From a virus, in the IMG/VR virus record IMGVR_UViG_3300031918_000005, positions 32,001 through 96,000 of that record: DNA of 64,000 nucleotides; one strand, written 5' to 3'. Below, in pieces: positions 48,785 to 57,386 of this stretch (position 1 is its first letter; each line of letters opens with the position of its first letter). The notes under the pieces are model-generated. The model did no database searches and was not told where the DNA came from. It saw only the letters and a program-made list of their open reading frames with translations. Position numbers and translations under genes: made by a program.

Positions 48785-49819
48785 TTATTTCGTACCATCT
48801 TCCATTGCCTCCATAAGCTTTTGAAGCTTTGAAAGATTATCACCTTCAAGACCGAAAGATTTCATATCGGGTCTACCTTGTTTTTCCATTCTTTTTCTTT
48901 CGGAATACTGCTCATTAGTTTCTTTAGGTTGACCAAAATTTTCAGTAAAATTATTGATTGCCGATTGTTTACCAACCTCAAATTTAAGAAGTCTTTCTCC
49001 ATCTTCCAAAAGATAATATTTTAAGGCATAAAAACCCGCAATTGATAACGTTTTATCAGAATTGAAAGATGAGAAACCAATTCTTTGTATTCTGTATTCT
49101 TCAGGCATTTCAAAGAAAGCCTTATTTCTTTCATCAACATCTTCTTGTGTAAGTTCTTGAAGATGTTCTTTAATTGTGAATGAAATGGGTGTAACTTCAA
49201 CAAGCTTTTTGGATAAAGGCATTATACCAGCTATAGGTTTACCAGTTATACAGCATATCATACCATCATCAAGTACTTTAAGCAAATGATTGAGTGTCAA
49301 CGGATTCCAATTTATTGCAATATGATAAAGAAATTTAAGACCTTTTTCAGTTTTTTCCATATTTTTGATAACATGGAAAGCGTAATTTACTTCTTCAGGT
49401 AATGGGTCACCAAATACAGATTGCTCTCTAGAATAAATCACCTTTATTTCTTCTTTTGGTAATTCTTGAGCTTTCTTTTTAACCACAAATTTTGGTTTCT
49501 CAAAATTTTTGATTTTATCTTTAACAAAAAAATTTGTTACGGCTTTATCAGAACCAATAGCTTTATCAACACCGACAACAACAAATCTTGGTTTTTTGGA
49601 TTTGTTAATGCTTGTAAGGCCTATTCTATCAACCACTTTAACAGATTTATTGTCAGGGTGTGATTTTATTTCTTCTTCTGTCATTGGAACGACTTCATAG
49701 CCAATATTACCATCAGGTTGTTTGGATATAAAATCTAAACATTCTTGTTGTGTTCCATCGAAACAATCTTGACCTTCTTCTTGTGTCATGGTCATGTCAA
49801 GTACTTTATAAGTTTTCAT
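48785..49819 (-). CDS. hypothetical protein
   Basis: 344-aa ORF. Confidence 0.7.
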   Translation of the reverse strand: MKTYKVLDMTMTQEEGQDCFDGTQQECLDFISKQPDGNIGYEVVPMTEEEIKSHPDNKSVKVVDRIGLTSINKSKKPRFVVVGVDKAIGSDKAVTNFFVKDKIKNFEKPKFVVKKKAQELPKEEIKVIYSREQSVFGDPLPEEVNYAFHVIKNMEKTEKGLKFLYHIAINWNPLTLNHLLKVLDDGMICCITGKPIAGIMPLSKKLVEVTPISFTIKEHLQELTQEDVDERNKAFFEMPEEYRIQRIGFSSFNSDKTLSIAGFYALKYYLLEDGERLLKFEVGKQSAINNFTENFGQPKETNEQYSERKRMEKQGRPDMKSFGLEGDNLSKLQKLMEAMEDGTK

Positions 49820-49874
49820 TGTAGTTAAATTTTATAAGTTAAATTATTTTATATTTTAATAATATATTTAGTTG

Positions 49875-50282
49875 CTATCTTACAGCAACCAATTTTACAT
49901 TATATTCGGATTCATCAAAAACATTAAACCAAATATTGAATAAATCTGTAAAATTAGTTCCACCATTAAAGGCTTCATATGAATAGTTAACACAAATCCA
50001 AACAGAAATATATTCACCTTCTGTACCTTCTGAAAGTTCTGATTTTGGTTTTTTATTAACACCCGAACCGAAAGCACTAACTGTAAGTTTTTTAAACATT
50101 ACTGGAGTTGTTTGGAATTCAGCCGTTTCAAACTTAATGTAATGACTGTAATTGTTATGACTTAAGGTTTCTTCTATTTTGATAATAGGAGCTGTTATAC
50201 CTCTTTTCAACAAATTTAGTTGAATTTCTTCTTTGATAGCGTTTAAGTTATCAGACGATAAAAACAATTCTTGATTTTTCAT
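49875..50282 (-). CDS. hypothetical protein under sigma54-like promoter
   Basis: shared leader. Confidence 0.65.
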   Translation of the reverse strand: MKNQELFLSSDNLNAIKEEIQLNLLKRGITAPIIKIEETLSHNNYSHYIKFETAEFQTTPVMFKKLTVSAFGSGVNKKPKSELSEGTEGEYISVWICVNYSYEAFNGGTNFTDLFNIWFNVFDESEYNVKLVAVR

Positions 50283-50317
50283 AATTTCTATTTTTTAAAT
50301 TATTGTTACTAAAATTT

Positions 50318-50335
50318 TACAAAAATCGTGCCAAA
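50318..50335 (-). promoter_or_regulatory. sigma54-like promoter
   Basis: TTTGGCACGATTTTTGTA; palindrome CATGACAATTTTGTCATG about 50-70 bp upstream. Confidence 0.65.
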
Positions 50336-50439
50336 ATTTGTTACCAATATGTCAGTTCAAAAATTTTAACACTTTTTAACACAACATGACAATTTTGTCA
50401 TGTTGTGTATTGATATAATATCATGTCATTTTGTCAGTA

Positions 50440-51948
50440 TTACATTGACTTAGAGAAATCAATGATTTGATTACCGAACCCATTGATATGACCTTTTTCT
50501 TCAATTTTACCGTTTTCATCATAAATGATGTAAGAATAACATCCATCACCATTATATATTCTTTTTTCTTCAATTTTATTAGATTCGCTGTAATCACACC
50601 ATTCACCAAATTTTTCACCATTGATGAATTCGCCTTTTTGTTTTATTTTTTTGTTTTCGTAATATTCGGTATATTTACCATAAAGTTTACCCTCACACCA
50701 GCTTTGTTTTTTCTTTATATTACCATTCTCGAAGTACAAGATGTTTTCACCATGTCTTTGTCTATTTTGAATTTCGCAGCTTTCTTTAAGGCATCCGTAA
50801 GTATTCTGATAATAAAATCTAATAATACCATCTTCTTTTTCTTTATTGATTATTTGTTCTGTTTCAACTTCGTGAGAAATTACAGAAACAACAAATCTAT
50901 TTGCTCTAGATACTATTGATTTAACAGCACCTGATGTATTATAACCGTATTTCTTGTAAAGTTGATTATGGGTGAAATTATTGAAGAAGAAATCCAAAAG
51001 GATTTCAGGAGTTTTTGATAATTCATAAAGTTCTTTTGCTCTGCTTAATTTTTGTCTTGGTATAGCTTCAAGATTTTCAAATTCGTAAGATTCGATTTTT
51101 GTTGATTCGAAGTTTTTGATACTGCCAACATCATTGATATTTCTAAGATAAGTATCAAAAATTTCATCAACTTCCAATTTTGATTCAGAAATCATATCAG
51201 TAAGGTCACCATCACTCATACTTTTATTACTGGAATGAGTTATGATACTGGAAATGTTAATAATTTTACCCTTATTGATTTTATTATATTCCATCATTGC
51301 TGTATGTCTTACACACATCAAAACATATCCAGCATTAGGTTCTTGTGCTTTAAACCATCTTTCGGCACTTTCGACTGCTTTACCTTCGGCATCGTATAAC
51401 ACATCTTGAGAAGTAAGTTTTTCTAATTCAATTTTATAAATTTCTGAATCAGATTTACCTTTGTAAGCTTCTTGCTCAAAATAAAGATTTGATAATTTTT
51501 CATCGAAATCACTGATTTTTAATCTCAATGTTTCAATTTCTTTCTTCAACAAATCTCTTTCATCTTTGTTGAAAGACTTATCTTTTTTCTCAATCTTCTT
51601 TTTGAGTTCGGTTTTCATATCGTACAATTCAGCATTACCATATTTTTTACGGTTTCTGAAGTAATCGAACTGATTACAAACCACTCTATCTGCTGTATCT
51701 CTATCTTTAACCACAGAATACGCTATCGAATAACATTGATCATAATATTCCGACCAAAATTTAGCCCAAACATAATTATGTTTAGTACCAGTCAAAAACA
51801 ATCTACCAAAAGCTTGTGTATCAATCCAATTTTGTAATGTAAATTTTTTACGATAAGTTTCATGTAGTGTTTTGTAATTTTCTGTTTCGAAGTCAATAGC
51901 TACTTTTACTCTGATGTCTAAGATGTAATTTCCAGTTTTGTGTGTCAT
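50440..51948 (-). CDS. sigma70/ECF-like factor fused to MORN-2 (YwqK-like) repeats
   Basis: region-2-like YSIAYSVVKDRDTADRVV; region-4-like HTH GAVKSIVSRA; C-terminal G...YYENxKIK repeats. Confidence 0.55.
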   Translation of the reverse strand: MTHKTGNYILDIRVKVAIDFETENYKTLHETYRKKFTLQNWIDTQAFGRLFLTGTKHNYVWAKFWSEYYDQCYSIAYSVVKDRDTADRVVCNQFDYFRNRKKYGNAELYDMKTELKKKIEKKDKSFNKDERDLLKKEIETLRLKISDFDEKLSNLYFEQEAYKGKSDSEIYKIELEKLTSQDVLYDAEGKAVESAERWFKAQEPNAGYVLMCVRHTAMMEYNKINKGKIINISSIITHSSNKSMSDGDLTDMISESKLEVDEIFDTYLRNINDVGSIKNFESTKIESYEFENLEAIPRQKLSRAKELYELSKTPEILLDFFFNNFTHNQLYKKYGYNTSGAVKSIVSRANRFVVSVISHEVETEQIINKEKEDGIIRFYYQNTYGCLKESCEIQNRQRHGENILYFENGNIKKKQSWCEGKLYGKYTEYYENKKIKQKGEFINGEKFGEWCDYSESNKIEEKRIYNGDGCYSYIIYDENGKIEEKGHINGFGNQIIDFSKSM

Positions 51949-51985
51949 AATTCTATTTTTTAAATTATTATTGTTATTAATTTCC

Positions 51986-52003
51986 TACAAAAATCGTGCC
52001 AAA
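51986..52003 (-). promoter_or_regulatory. sigma54-like promoter
   Basis: TTTGGCACGATTTTTGTA; TGTCATGACA sites at about 52097 and 52141. Confidence 0.65.
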
Positions 52004-52206
52004 ATTTGTTATTATTATGTCAATTCAAAAGTTTCTTAACACATTTTAACACATTTTAACATGGAAATAACATTTCTTAACAAATCTTAACATATTTGTC
52101 ATGACAAACTGACACAATATTAACAATTATAACAAAATTGTGTCATGACAAATATAACAAACAATACTTATAAATAAACAAGAATATTAATAAACCAAAT
52201 AATATC

Positions 52207-52554
52207 ATGAAAAAATTAAAAAACTTTATTGAAAACAACTCCAAAATTTTGTTAACTGTTTTTTGTTTTGTCATACTTTATCAGACATGTTCTGAAAAAA
52301 GAGCAATTAACAAGCTCAAAACAGAAGTAACATCATTGTCGGATAAAACCGATAAACAATTAACCCAAGATGAATATTTACTGATTCAAAAGATAGAAAC
52401 CTACAAATTTCTGTCGGAAAATCTTTATGTTAATAATGCCATTGTTAGGACTGTTATCAGACCCGATGACAAAATTAACGAGTATACTCAAGAAATCAAC
52501 AAACTTGAAAAGCAACTCAATGTTATTCGTGAAAATAAAAAATCCAACAAGTAA
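52207..52554 (+). CDS. membrane-anchored coiled-coil protein (spanin-like?)
   Basis: N-terminal hydrophobic segment, then coiled coil. Confidence 0.45.
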   Translation: MKKLKNFIENNSKILLTVFCFVILYQTCSEKRAINKLKTEVTSLSDKTDKQLTQDEYLLIQKIETYKFLSENLYVNNAIVRTVIRPDDKINEYTQEINKLEKQLNVIRENKKSNK

Positions 52555-52573
52555 TTACTTGTTGGATTTTTTA
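52536..52573. repeat. perfect 38-bp palindrome at convergent stop codons
   Basis: TAAAAAATCCAACAAGTAA|TTACTTGTTGGATTTTTTA. Confidence 0.9.
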
Positions 52574-53058
52574 AAATACTCTTCGGTTACATATTCGTAA
52601 ACCATATTCTTATTCTTACAATATTCTAATGATGCCATTCTTTTTGCTTCCACAACAGCTGAATTTGCCAATTGATATAAGTACGCCTTTTTTGTTTTAT
52701 ATTTCTCTCTGTCAGGCTTTTCAGTATCTTTTTGAGATTTAACCTCTATAATGTATTTCAGCAATCTATTGGAGTTACCAAGCATTTCAATATAGAAATC
52801 GGGGTAATAACTACACATTTTCTTTTTTACTGGATTGTAATAAGGTATAATGAGTTCATCACTTTCATAGGTCCACCTTATACATCTTGGTGATAAGTCA
52901 AGTAGCTGTATAAATTTAAGTTCCAGTCCGCTTCTGAACATAACTCCCATTTTAGCATTGTAAGTACCTATCAATTTATGTGGGTTTTCCAGCTTATGAT
53001 ATCCTTGATGAAATCTGCTATCTTTACGAATAGGATTCAACGATTCTAATTTTCCCAT
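52555..53058 (-). CDS. head completion nuclease (gp4-like, TnsA-like)
   Basis: FRSGLELKF, IPYYNP, YYPDF, IIEVK, YVTE. Confidence 0.85.
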   Translation of the reverse strand: MGKLESLNPIRKDSRFHQGYHKLENPHKLIGTYNAKMGVMFRSGLELKFIQLLDLSPRCIRWTYESDELIIPYYNPVKKKMCSYYPDFYIEMLGNSNRLLKYIIEVKSQKDTEKPDREKYKTKKAYLYQLANSAVVEAKRMASLEYCKNKNMVYEYVTEEYFKKSNK

Positions 53059-53061
53059 ATA

Positions 53062-56000
53062 TTAATTACCAGTCATTGATGTTTTAAGTCTTCCATCGGA
53101 ACTCGTTAACTCATTTATTTTCCCATTCAATCGTTGAATTTCTTTTATCAACATCCCTATTTGTTGTGATTGTTGTGTACTCGATTCAGCAAACACAGCA
53201 AGCAATTGATCTATGCTCGCTGCTGGTTTTGGTTTTCCTGTTGGAGTTGTTGTTGGTGAATATGGAGTATAAGATGGTGAATAAGATGGTGAAGGAGTAC
53301 TTTTTGTTGTAGCTGTAGTATATTTATCATAAAAATCAGCAGATGAATCAACAAGTTTCGATATACCACCAAAATCTACAGATTCTTTTTTTATAGCTTG
53401 TAAGAACTTGATATAAATATCTGTAAATTTCTTGAAAGGGTCTATAAATTTTGAGAATACATCAATCTTAGCCAAAGTCATTGTACTTAGCCCTAATGCT
53501 GTTCTAATCAACATTTGCCTAACACCCTCACCAATTTGTTTTCCTCTTTCTTTTATATCAACCTCTGTATTAAATTTAGCTACAACATCACCTAAATCCT
53601 TTAACGGACTTATGAGATTATTAACCACCTGAATACCTTTTTCAGAATCCGATTTAAACAACCCCCAAAATCCTTTATCATTATCTTTTGCTCTACCTAT
53701 TTGAGCAAAAACTGATGGCAAAGCAGTAATTATATCGGTTATATTTTGATTAATTTTTTTAATATCTGTTGGAGAAAGTTTAGCTGTTTTCCAAACCAAA
53801 ACAGCTTTCGCTAATTCATTCAAAGGAGTACCAATACCCTTAACATAGTCAATACCTCTTTCTGTATCAGTTGTTGACCAAAGACCAAAAAGCCCTGGCT
53901 TTGCTGTTACTGAATCATTACCAATTTTTGCTATAGTTTCAGGTATTATAGCAAGAACGGCATTTATATTGCCAGTGATCATTTTTATATTAGCTGGTGT
54001 TAATTTCATATCTTTCCAAAGCTTAACACCTTCAGCAAGTCTTTTTACAGAGCTACCAATACCTTCAACATAATCAATACCTCTTTCTGTATCAGTTGTT
54101 GACCACAATCCCCACATACTTGGTTTATCTGTATCATCATTACCAATTCTTGCAATAGTTGCTGGAAGTACTGATAATATAGTGTTTATGTTATTTGAAA
54201 TTAATTTAGCATCTTCAGCAGTTAATTTCATGTTTTTCCAAAGCTTAACACCTTCAGCAAGCTTTTTCATTGAATTACCAATACCTTCAACATAATCAAT
54301 ACCTCTTTCTGTATCGGTTTTAGTCCATAAACCACCTGATATAAATCCAAGTATTCCAGTTGCTGGTTTCGCTGTATCATCATTACCAATCTTTGCAATA
54401 GTTGCTGGAATTACTGATAAAATAGCACTAATATTATCTGAAATAAGTACAGCTTCTTCAGCAGTTAATTTCATGTTTTTCCAAGCCATAACACCTTTTG
54501 CAAGTTGAGCCAAATTGCTACCCAAACCCATTGTAAATGCTATACCTTTTAATATTTGCCATTGAGAAACTTCTACACCATGTTTTTTAGAAATATATTC
54601 AGGTGATGTACCAAGAGCGATAGCGGTTGTTACACCAAGTATTGTATCAGATAATATTTGAGCATCTTCAGGTTTCCAATCAGATGTTTTGCTTTTCCAA
54701 TTTGATAAAGCAGAAGCAAATTTTCCAATTGTTGATGCCATAAGTCCACCAGTTGTAGCTATCTTAATCATCGAACTTAAGCTTAATTCAGAAAACGCTT
54801 CATCCAATCCTTTAACTAGTATTTTTAAATTATCTGCAAATGCTTGTGTTTTATTTGCATCTATATCAAGTTTTGCAATAGGTGATAATCCTTTCGATAA
54901 AGCCCATAATGCCCCACCAACAAGACCTATAGCTAATGCTCCACTAGCAATAAACGGCAATAAAAATCCAGCACCAGCAAAAACAAGTCCTAGAGCTGTA
55001 ATTATTGTTGGTATTTTCCAAACTGCATCACCATGTTTTCCTAGAGTTATTGCTAATTCAATTAATGGTTTTTTCATTATCCACAATGCAATTCCAATCA
55101 AGGCAATAGCTAATACACCTTGAAGTATAGTTGTCATCATCATACCAGCAAGAATAAAAGGTGCTGTAACAGTTAAAAGCATTAATGGTATTTGCCAAAT
55201 TGCTTTATCTTGTTTTGCAAGCATTTTAGAAACTGTTGAAAGTGACCACCCAAATAAAAGAAGCGACAGTGACATCAATGCAACTGATATTGCGCCTTTT
55301 TTAATATTTTGAGAAACAACATTTATACCCATTAAAGTATAAAATAATGCTGTTCCAGCAAGTAATAATAAAACCATACCAACTTTACCATATTCAATAG
55401 GTATTTTTGACATCAAATAGAATGTACCAGTCATCATAAGGAGCGAGAGTGACATCAAAGCAATGTTTTTAATACCATTTTTTAAATCAGCTTTGTTACT
55501 TAACCCCATATATTTATAAAACTTAGAAACAATATATGTTATGCCAACAACAGTTAATATGCCAACAACCATATCGGTTATAGAAAATTTTGTAAGTATA
55601 TATGCTGATGCTCCTATTGCTAATGTCATTGCTGCAAGTCCTGCACCTATAAACATGAGAGATTTAGAACCATCTTTCATTTTAGCACTGTTTTTTGACA
55701 AATAGTCAAGTTCAGGCTTTAATAACTTTAGTGCAAATTTGAAAAATAAAACACCTGCCGTTGCTGGAATAGCGAGTATACCCGATACAGCAAGACCACC
55801 AACAAATCCAATAATAGATTCTGTTATTTTTACAAGTGAACCACTAAATTCTTGTATACCTTTTAAGTCAACACTTGATATTATGTCATTTATGGAATTT
55901 ATTGTTATTTTAACACGTTCAATAGATTTGAGAGCATTTTTAGATATATCTTTTCTAACTCTAAAATGATTCAATGCATTAACAAAGTGTTTTAATGTCT

Positions 56001-56436
56001 TGAAAAATCTATCAACATTATTTTTTGATTCATCAAGTAATTTTTTATTAAAAGACGATAAAAATCCTATGTTGACAGCTTTAATAGATTCTGTCAATAT
56101 GCTTGTATCTTTGCCAAGTGTTGAGCCTGCTTTACCTATTGATTCTGTATATATTGATATTATGCTTGAAAGTTTTGCTATATCTGTTTCTGTGAAAGCT
56201 CCTATAGCAGTGCCAGTACCACCAGTAGATTCAGTGCTAAATATACCTTGTAATATACTTTTTACATCAACATCACCTGAAGGTGTTTTAGACATAGCTT
56301 CTTTGATATATCTAGAAGATTCCTTTATATCGGTAGATGCCGAAAGTATATCAAATGAATATTCAGCTATATCATTAAGGTAAGAGTTTTGTTGTTTTAA
56401 ATAATCATATAAAACTTCTAATTCAACATTATCCAT
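53062..56436 (-). CDS. tape-measure-like protein
   Basis: Ala/Gly/hydrophobic helical region, ~75-aa W-containing repeats; late motif at 56446-56457. Confidence 0.7.
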   Translation of the reverse strand: MDNVELEVLYDYLKQQNSYLNDIAEYSFDILSASTDIKESSRYIKEAMSKTPSGDVDVKSILQGIFSTESTGGTGTAIGAFTETDIAKLSSIISIYTESIGKAGSTLGKDTSILTESIKAVNIGFLSSFNKKLLDESKNNVDRFFKTLKHFVNALNHFRVRKDISKNALKSIERVKITINSINDIISSVDLKGIQEFSGSLVKITESIIGFVGGLAVSGILAIPATAGVLFFKFALKLLKPELDYLSKNSAKMKDGSKSLMFIGAGLAAMTLAIGASAYILTKFSITDMVVGILTVVGITYIVSKFYKYMGLSNKADLKNGIKNIALMSLSLLMMTGTFYLMSKIPIEYGKVGMVLLLLAGTALFYTLMGINVVSQNIKKGAISVALMSLSLLLFGWSLSTVSKMLAKQDKAIWQIPLMLLTVTAPFILAGMMMTTILQGVLAIALIGIALWIMKKPLIELAITLGKHGDAVWKIPTIITALGLVFAGAGFLLPFIASGALAIGLVGGALWALSKGLSPIAKLDIDANKTQAFADNLKILVKGLDEAFSELSLSSMIKIATTGGLMASTIGKFASALSNWKSKTSDWKPEDAQILSDTILGVTTAIALGTSPEYISKKHGVEVSQWQILKGIAFTMGLGSNLAQLAKGVMAWKNMKLTAEEAVLISDNISAILSVIPATIAKIGNDDTAKPATGILGFISGGLWTKTDTERGIDYVEGIGNSMKKLAEGVKLWKNMKLTAEDAKLISNNINTILSVLPATIARIGNDDTDKPSMWGLWSTTDTERGIDYVEGIGSSVKRLAEGVKLWKDMKLTPANIKMITGNINAVLAIIPETIAKIGNDSVTAKPGLFGLWSTTDTERGIDYVKGIGTPLNELAKAVLVWKTAKLSPTDIKKINQNITDIITALPSVFAQIGRAKDNDKGFWGLFKSDSEKGIQVVNNLISPLKDLGDVVAKFNTEVDIKERGKQIGEGVRQMLIRTALGLSTMTLAKIDVFSKFIDPFKKFTDIYIKFLQAIKKESVDFGGISKLVDSSADFYDKYTTATTKSTPSPSYSPSYTPYSPTTTPTGKPKPAASIDQLLAVFAESSTQQSQQIGMLIKEIQRLNGKINELTSSDGRLKTSMTGN

Positions 56437-56464
56437 ATCAGGTATTTTAATTATTTAAAACAAC

Positions 56465-56495
56465 AAAGCCGAATATAGTATTATATTCGGCTTTT
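56465..56495. terminator. intrinsic terminator
   Basis: AAAGCCGAATATA...TATATTCGGCTTTT. Confidence 0.8.
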
Positions 56496-56519
56496 AATCA
56501 CATATTTTAAAGATTTTTA

Positions 56520-56768
56520 TTAAAGATTCCGAGTTAAGTCAGTTTCATATGCTGATAAATTATTATCTTCAAAAGAATATATATAAACTGGAAATTCAAG
56601 TTTATTACCAAAAACATCTTTTGTTTCGATATGAAAATTACTAACAATTAAAGGAGTTTTATTATCAAGCCCACTTAATTTTGGCATATAATACACTTTT
56701 TCACCAACCTTATATTTAGGATCTGTGTTATTATTTTCAAACCCCTCGAATACTTTTAATTTTTTCAT
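56520..56768 (-). CDS. putative internal head protein (MKKLKVFE leader), SH3-like
   Basis: shared leader; PKYKVGEKVY. Confidence 0.6.
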   Translation of the reverse strand: MKKLKVFEGFENNNTDPKYKVGEKVYYMPKLSGLDNKTPLIVSNFHIETKDVFGNKLEFPVYIYSFEDNNLSAYETDLTRNL

Positions 56769-56778
56769 AAATACAAAA

Positions 56779-56822
56779 TTTAATCTTTAATTATTTAATC
56801 TTTAATTATTTAATCTTTAATT
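56779..56822. repeat. 15-bp tandem repeat x3
   Basis: TTTAATCTTTAATTA x3 (last copy 14 bp); forms two late-promoter boxes on the minus strand. Confidence 0.9.
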
Positions 56823-57279
56823 CCATATATCTCTTAAGTTTGAGTAGAAATAATAAGGCGGTATTCTTTTTGTAGTAAAATATATTTTCAAACAATTCTT
56901 TCATTGTTATATTATCACCATTAACTGTTATAATAGTTCCACCATCTAAACATTTTCCTGACTGTCGGCTTGATAGAAATATATTAAAGCGGTAATTTTC
57001 AAATTGTTTAAGTACTCTAGATTGGTATGGTCTAAGGATTATCTTCTCAATACCATTATCTGTCATACAAAATGCATAATTATTAGCAAAATAAAGACAC
57101 GATTTTTGTATTTTTGCTAATTCAATAATTTCCTCGTCTGTATATTGATAATGAAGAAAAGCTTTTCTTTTTCTCGTATCTTTTAAGAAAAAAGGGTTAT
57201 CTCTTGGTAAAAAACCAGTTTTGTTATAATCATCTATAATATTTTTTACCTTTTCTGAATCATATATATTACCTTCCAT
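56806..57279 (-). CDS. terminase large subunit N-terminal fragment + split N-intein
   Basis: LYFANNY, LRPYQ, Walker A SRQSGK followed directly by intein block A CLDGGTIITV; stop 48 aa later. Confidence 0.85.
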   Translation of the reverse strand: MEGNIYDSEKVKNIIDDYNKTGFLPRDNPFFLKDTRKRKAFLHYQYTDEEIIELAKIQKSCLYFANNYAFCMTDNGIEKIILRPYQSRVLKQFENYRFNIFLSSRQSGKCLDGGTIITVNGDNITMKELFENIFYYKKNTALLFLLKLKRYMELKIK

Positions 57280-57295
57280 ATAATTTATTTTTAAT

Positions 57296-57352
57296 GGTAT
57301 TCCTTGATTAGCGAGAGGTACTTTCCTTGTATTCTGATAATTTTTATGATAT
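57296..57352 (+). repeat. dispersed repeat, copy 6 (degenerate, antisense to neighbouring genes)
   Basis: TTTCCTTGTATTCTGATA identical to copy 5. Confidence 0.5.
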
Positions 57353-57386
57353 AAACACCCCAAAGAACATAGAAATTAAAAGAAAA

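Noticed and set aside
48785-49819. MKTYKVLD start resembling the T4 capsid-targeting sequence
   Set aside because: No Glu at the cleavage position and no late promoter motif upstream.
52207-52554. MKKLKNFIE start as another cargo leader
   Set aside because: Glu spacing differs and a transmembrane segment follows; more likely a membrane/lysis protein.
53245-53300. SPSYSPSYTPYSPTT resembling RNA Pol II CTD heptads
   Set aside because: Short low-complexity linker in a phage protein; most likely coincidence.
466-57352. Dispersed repeat read as a CRISPR array, DGR VR/TR pair, or hammerhead/HDV ribozyme
   Set aside because: Copies are kilobases apart with no spacers; variation is not adenine-specific and no RT is present; the CUGAUGA/GAAA and full HDV pairing patterns could not be fitted.
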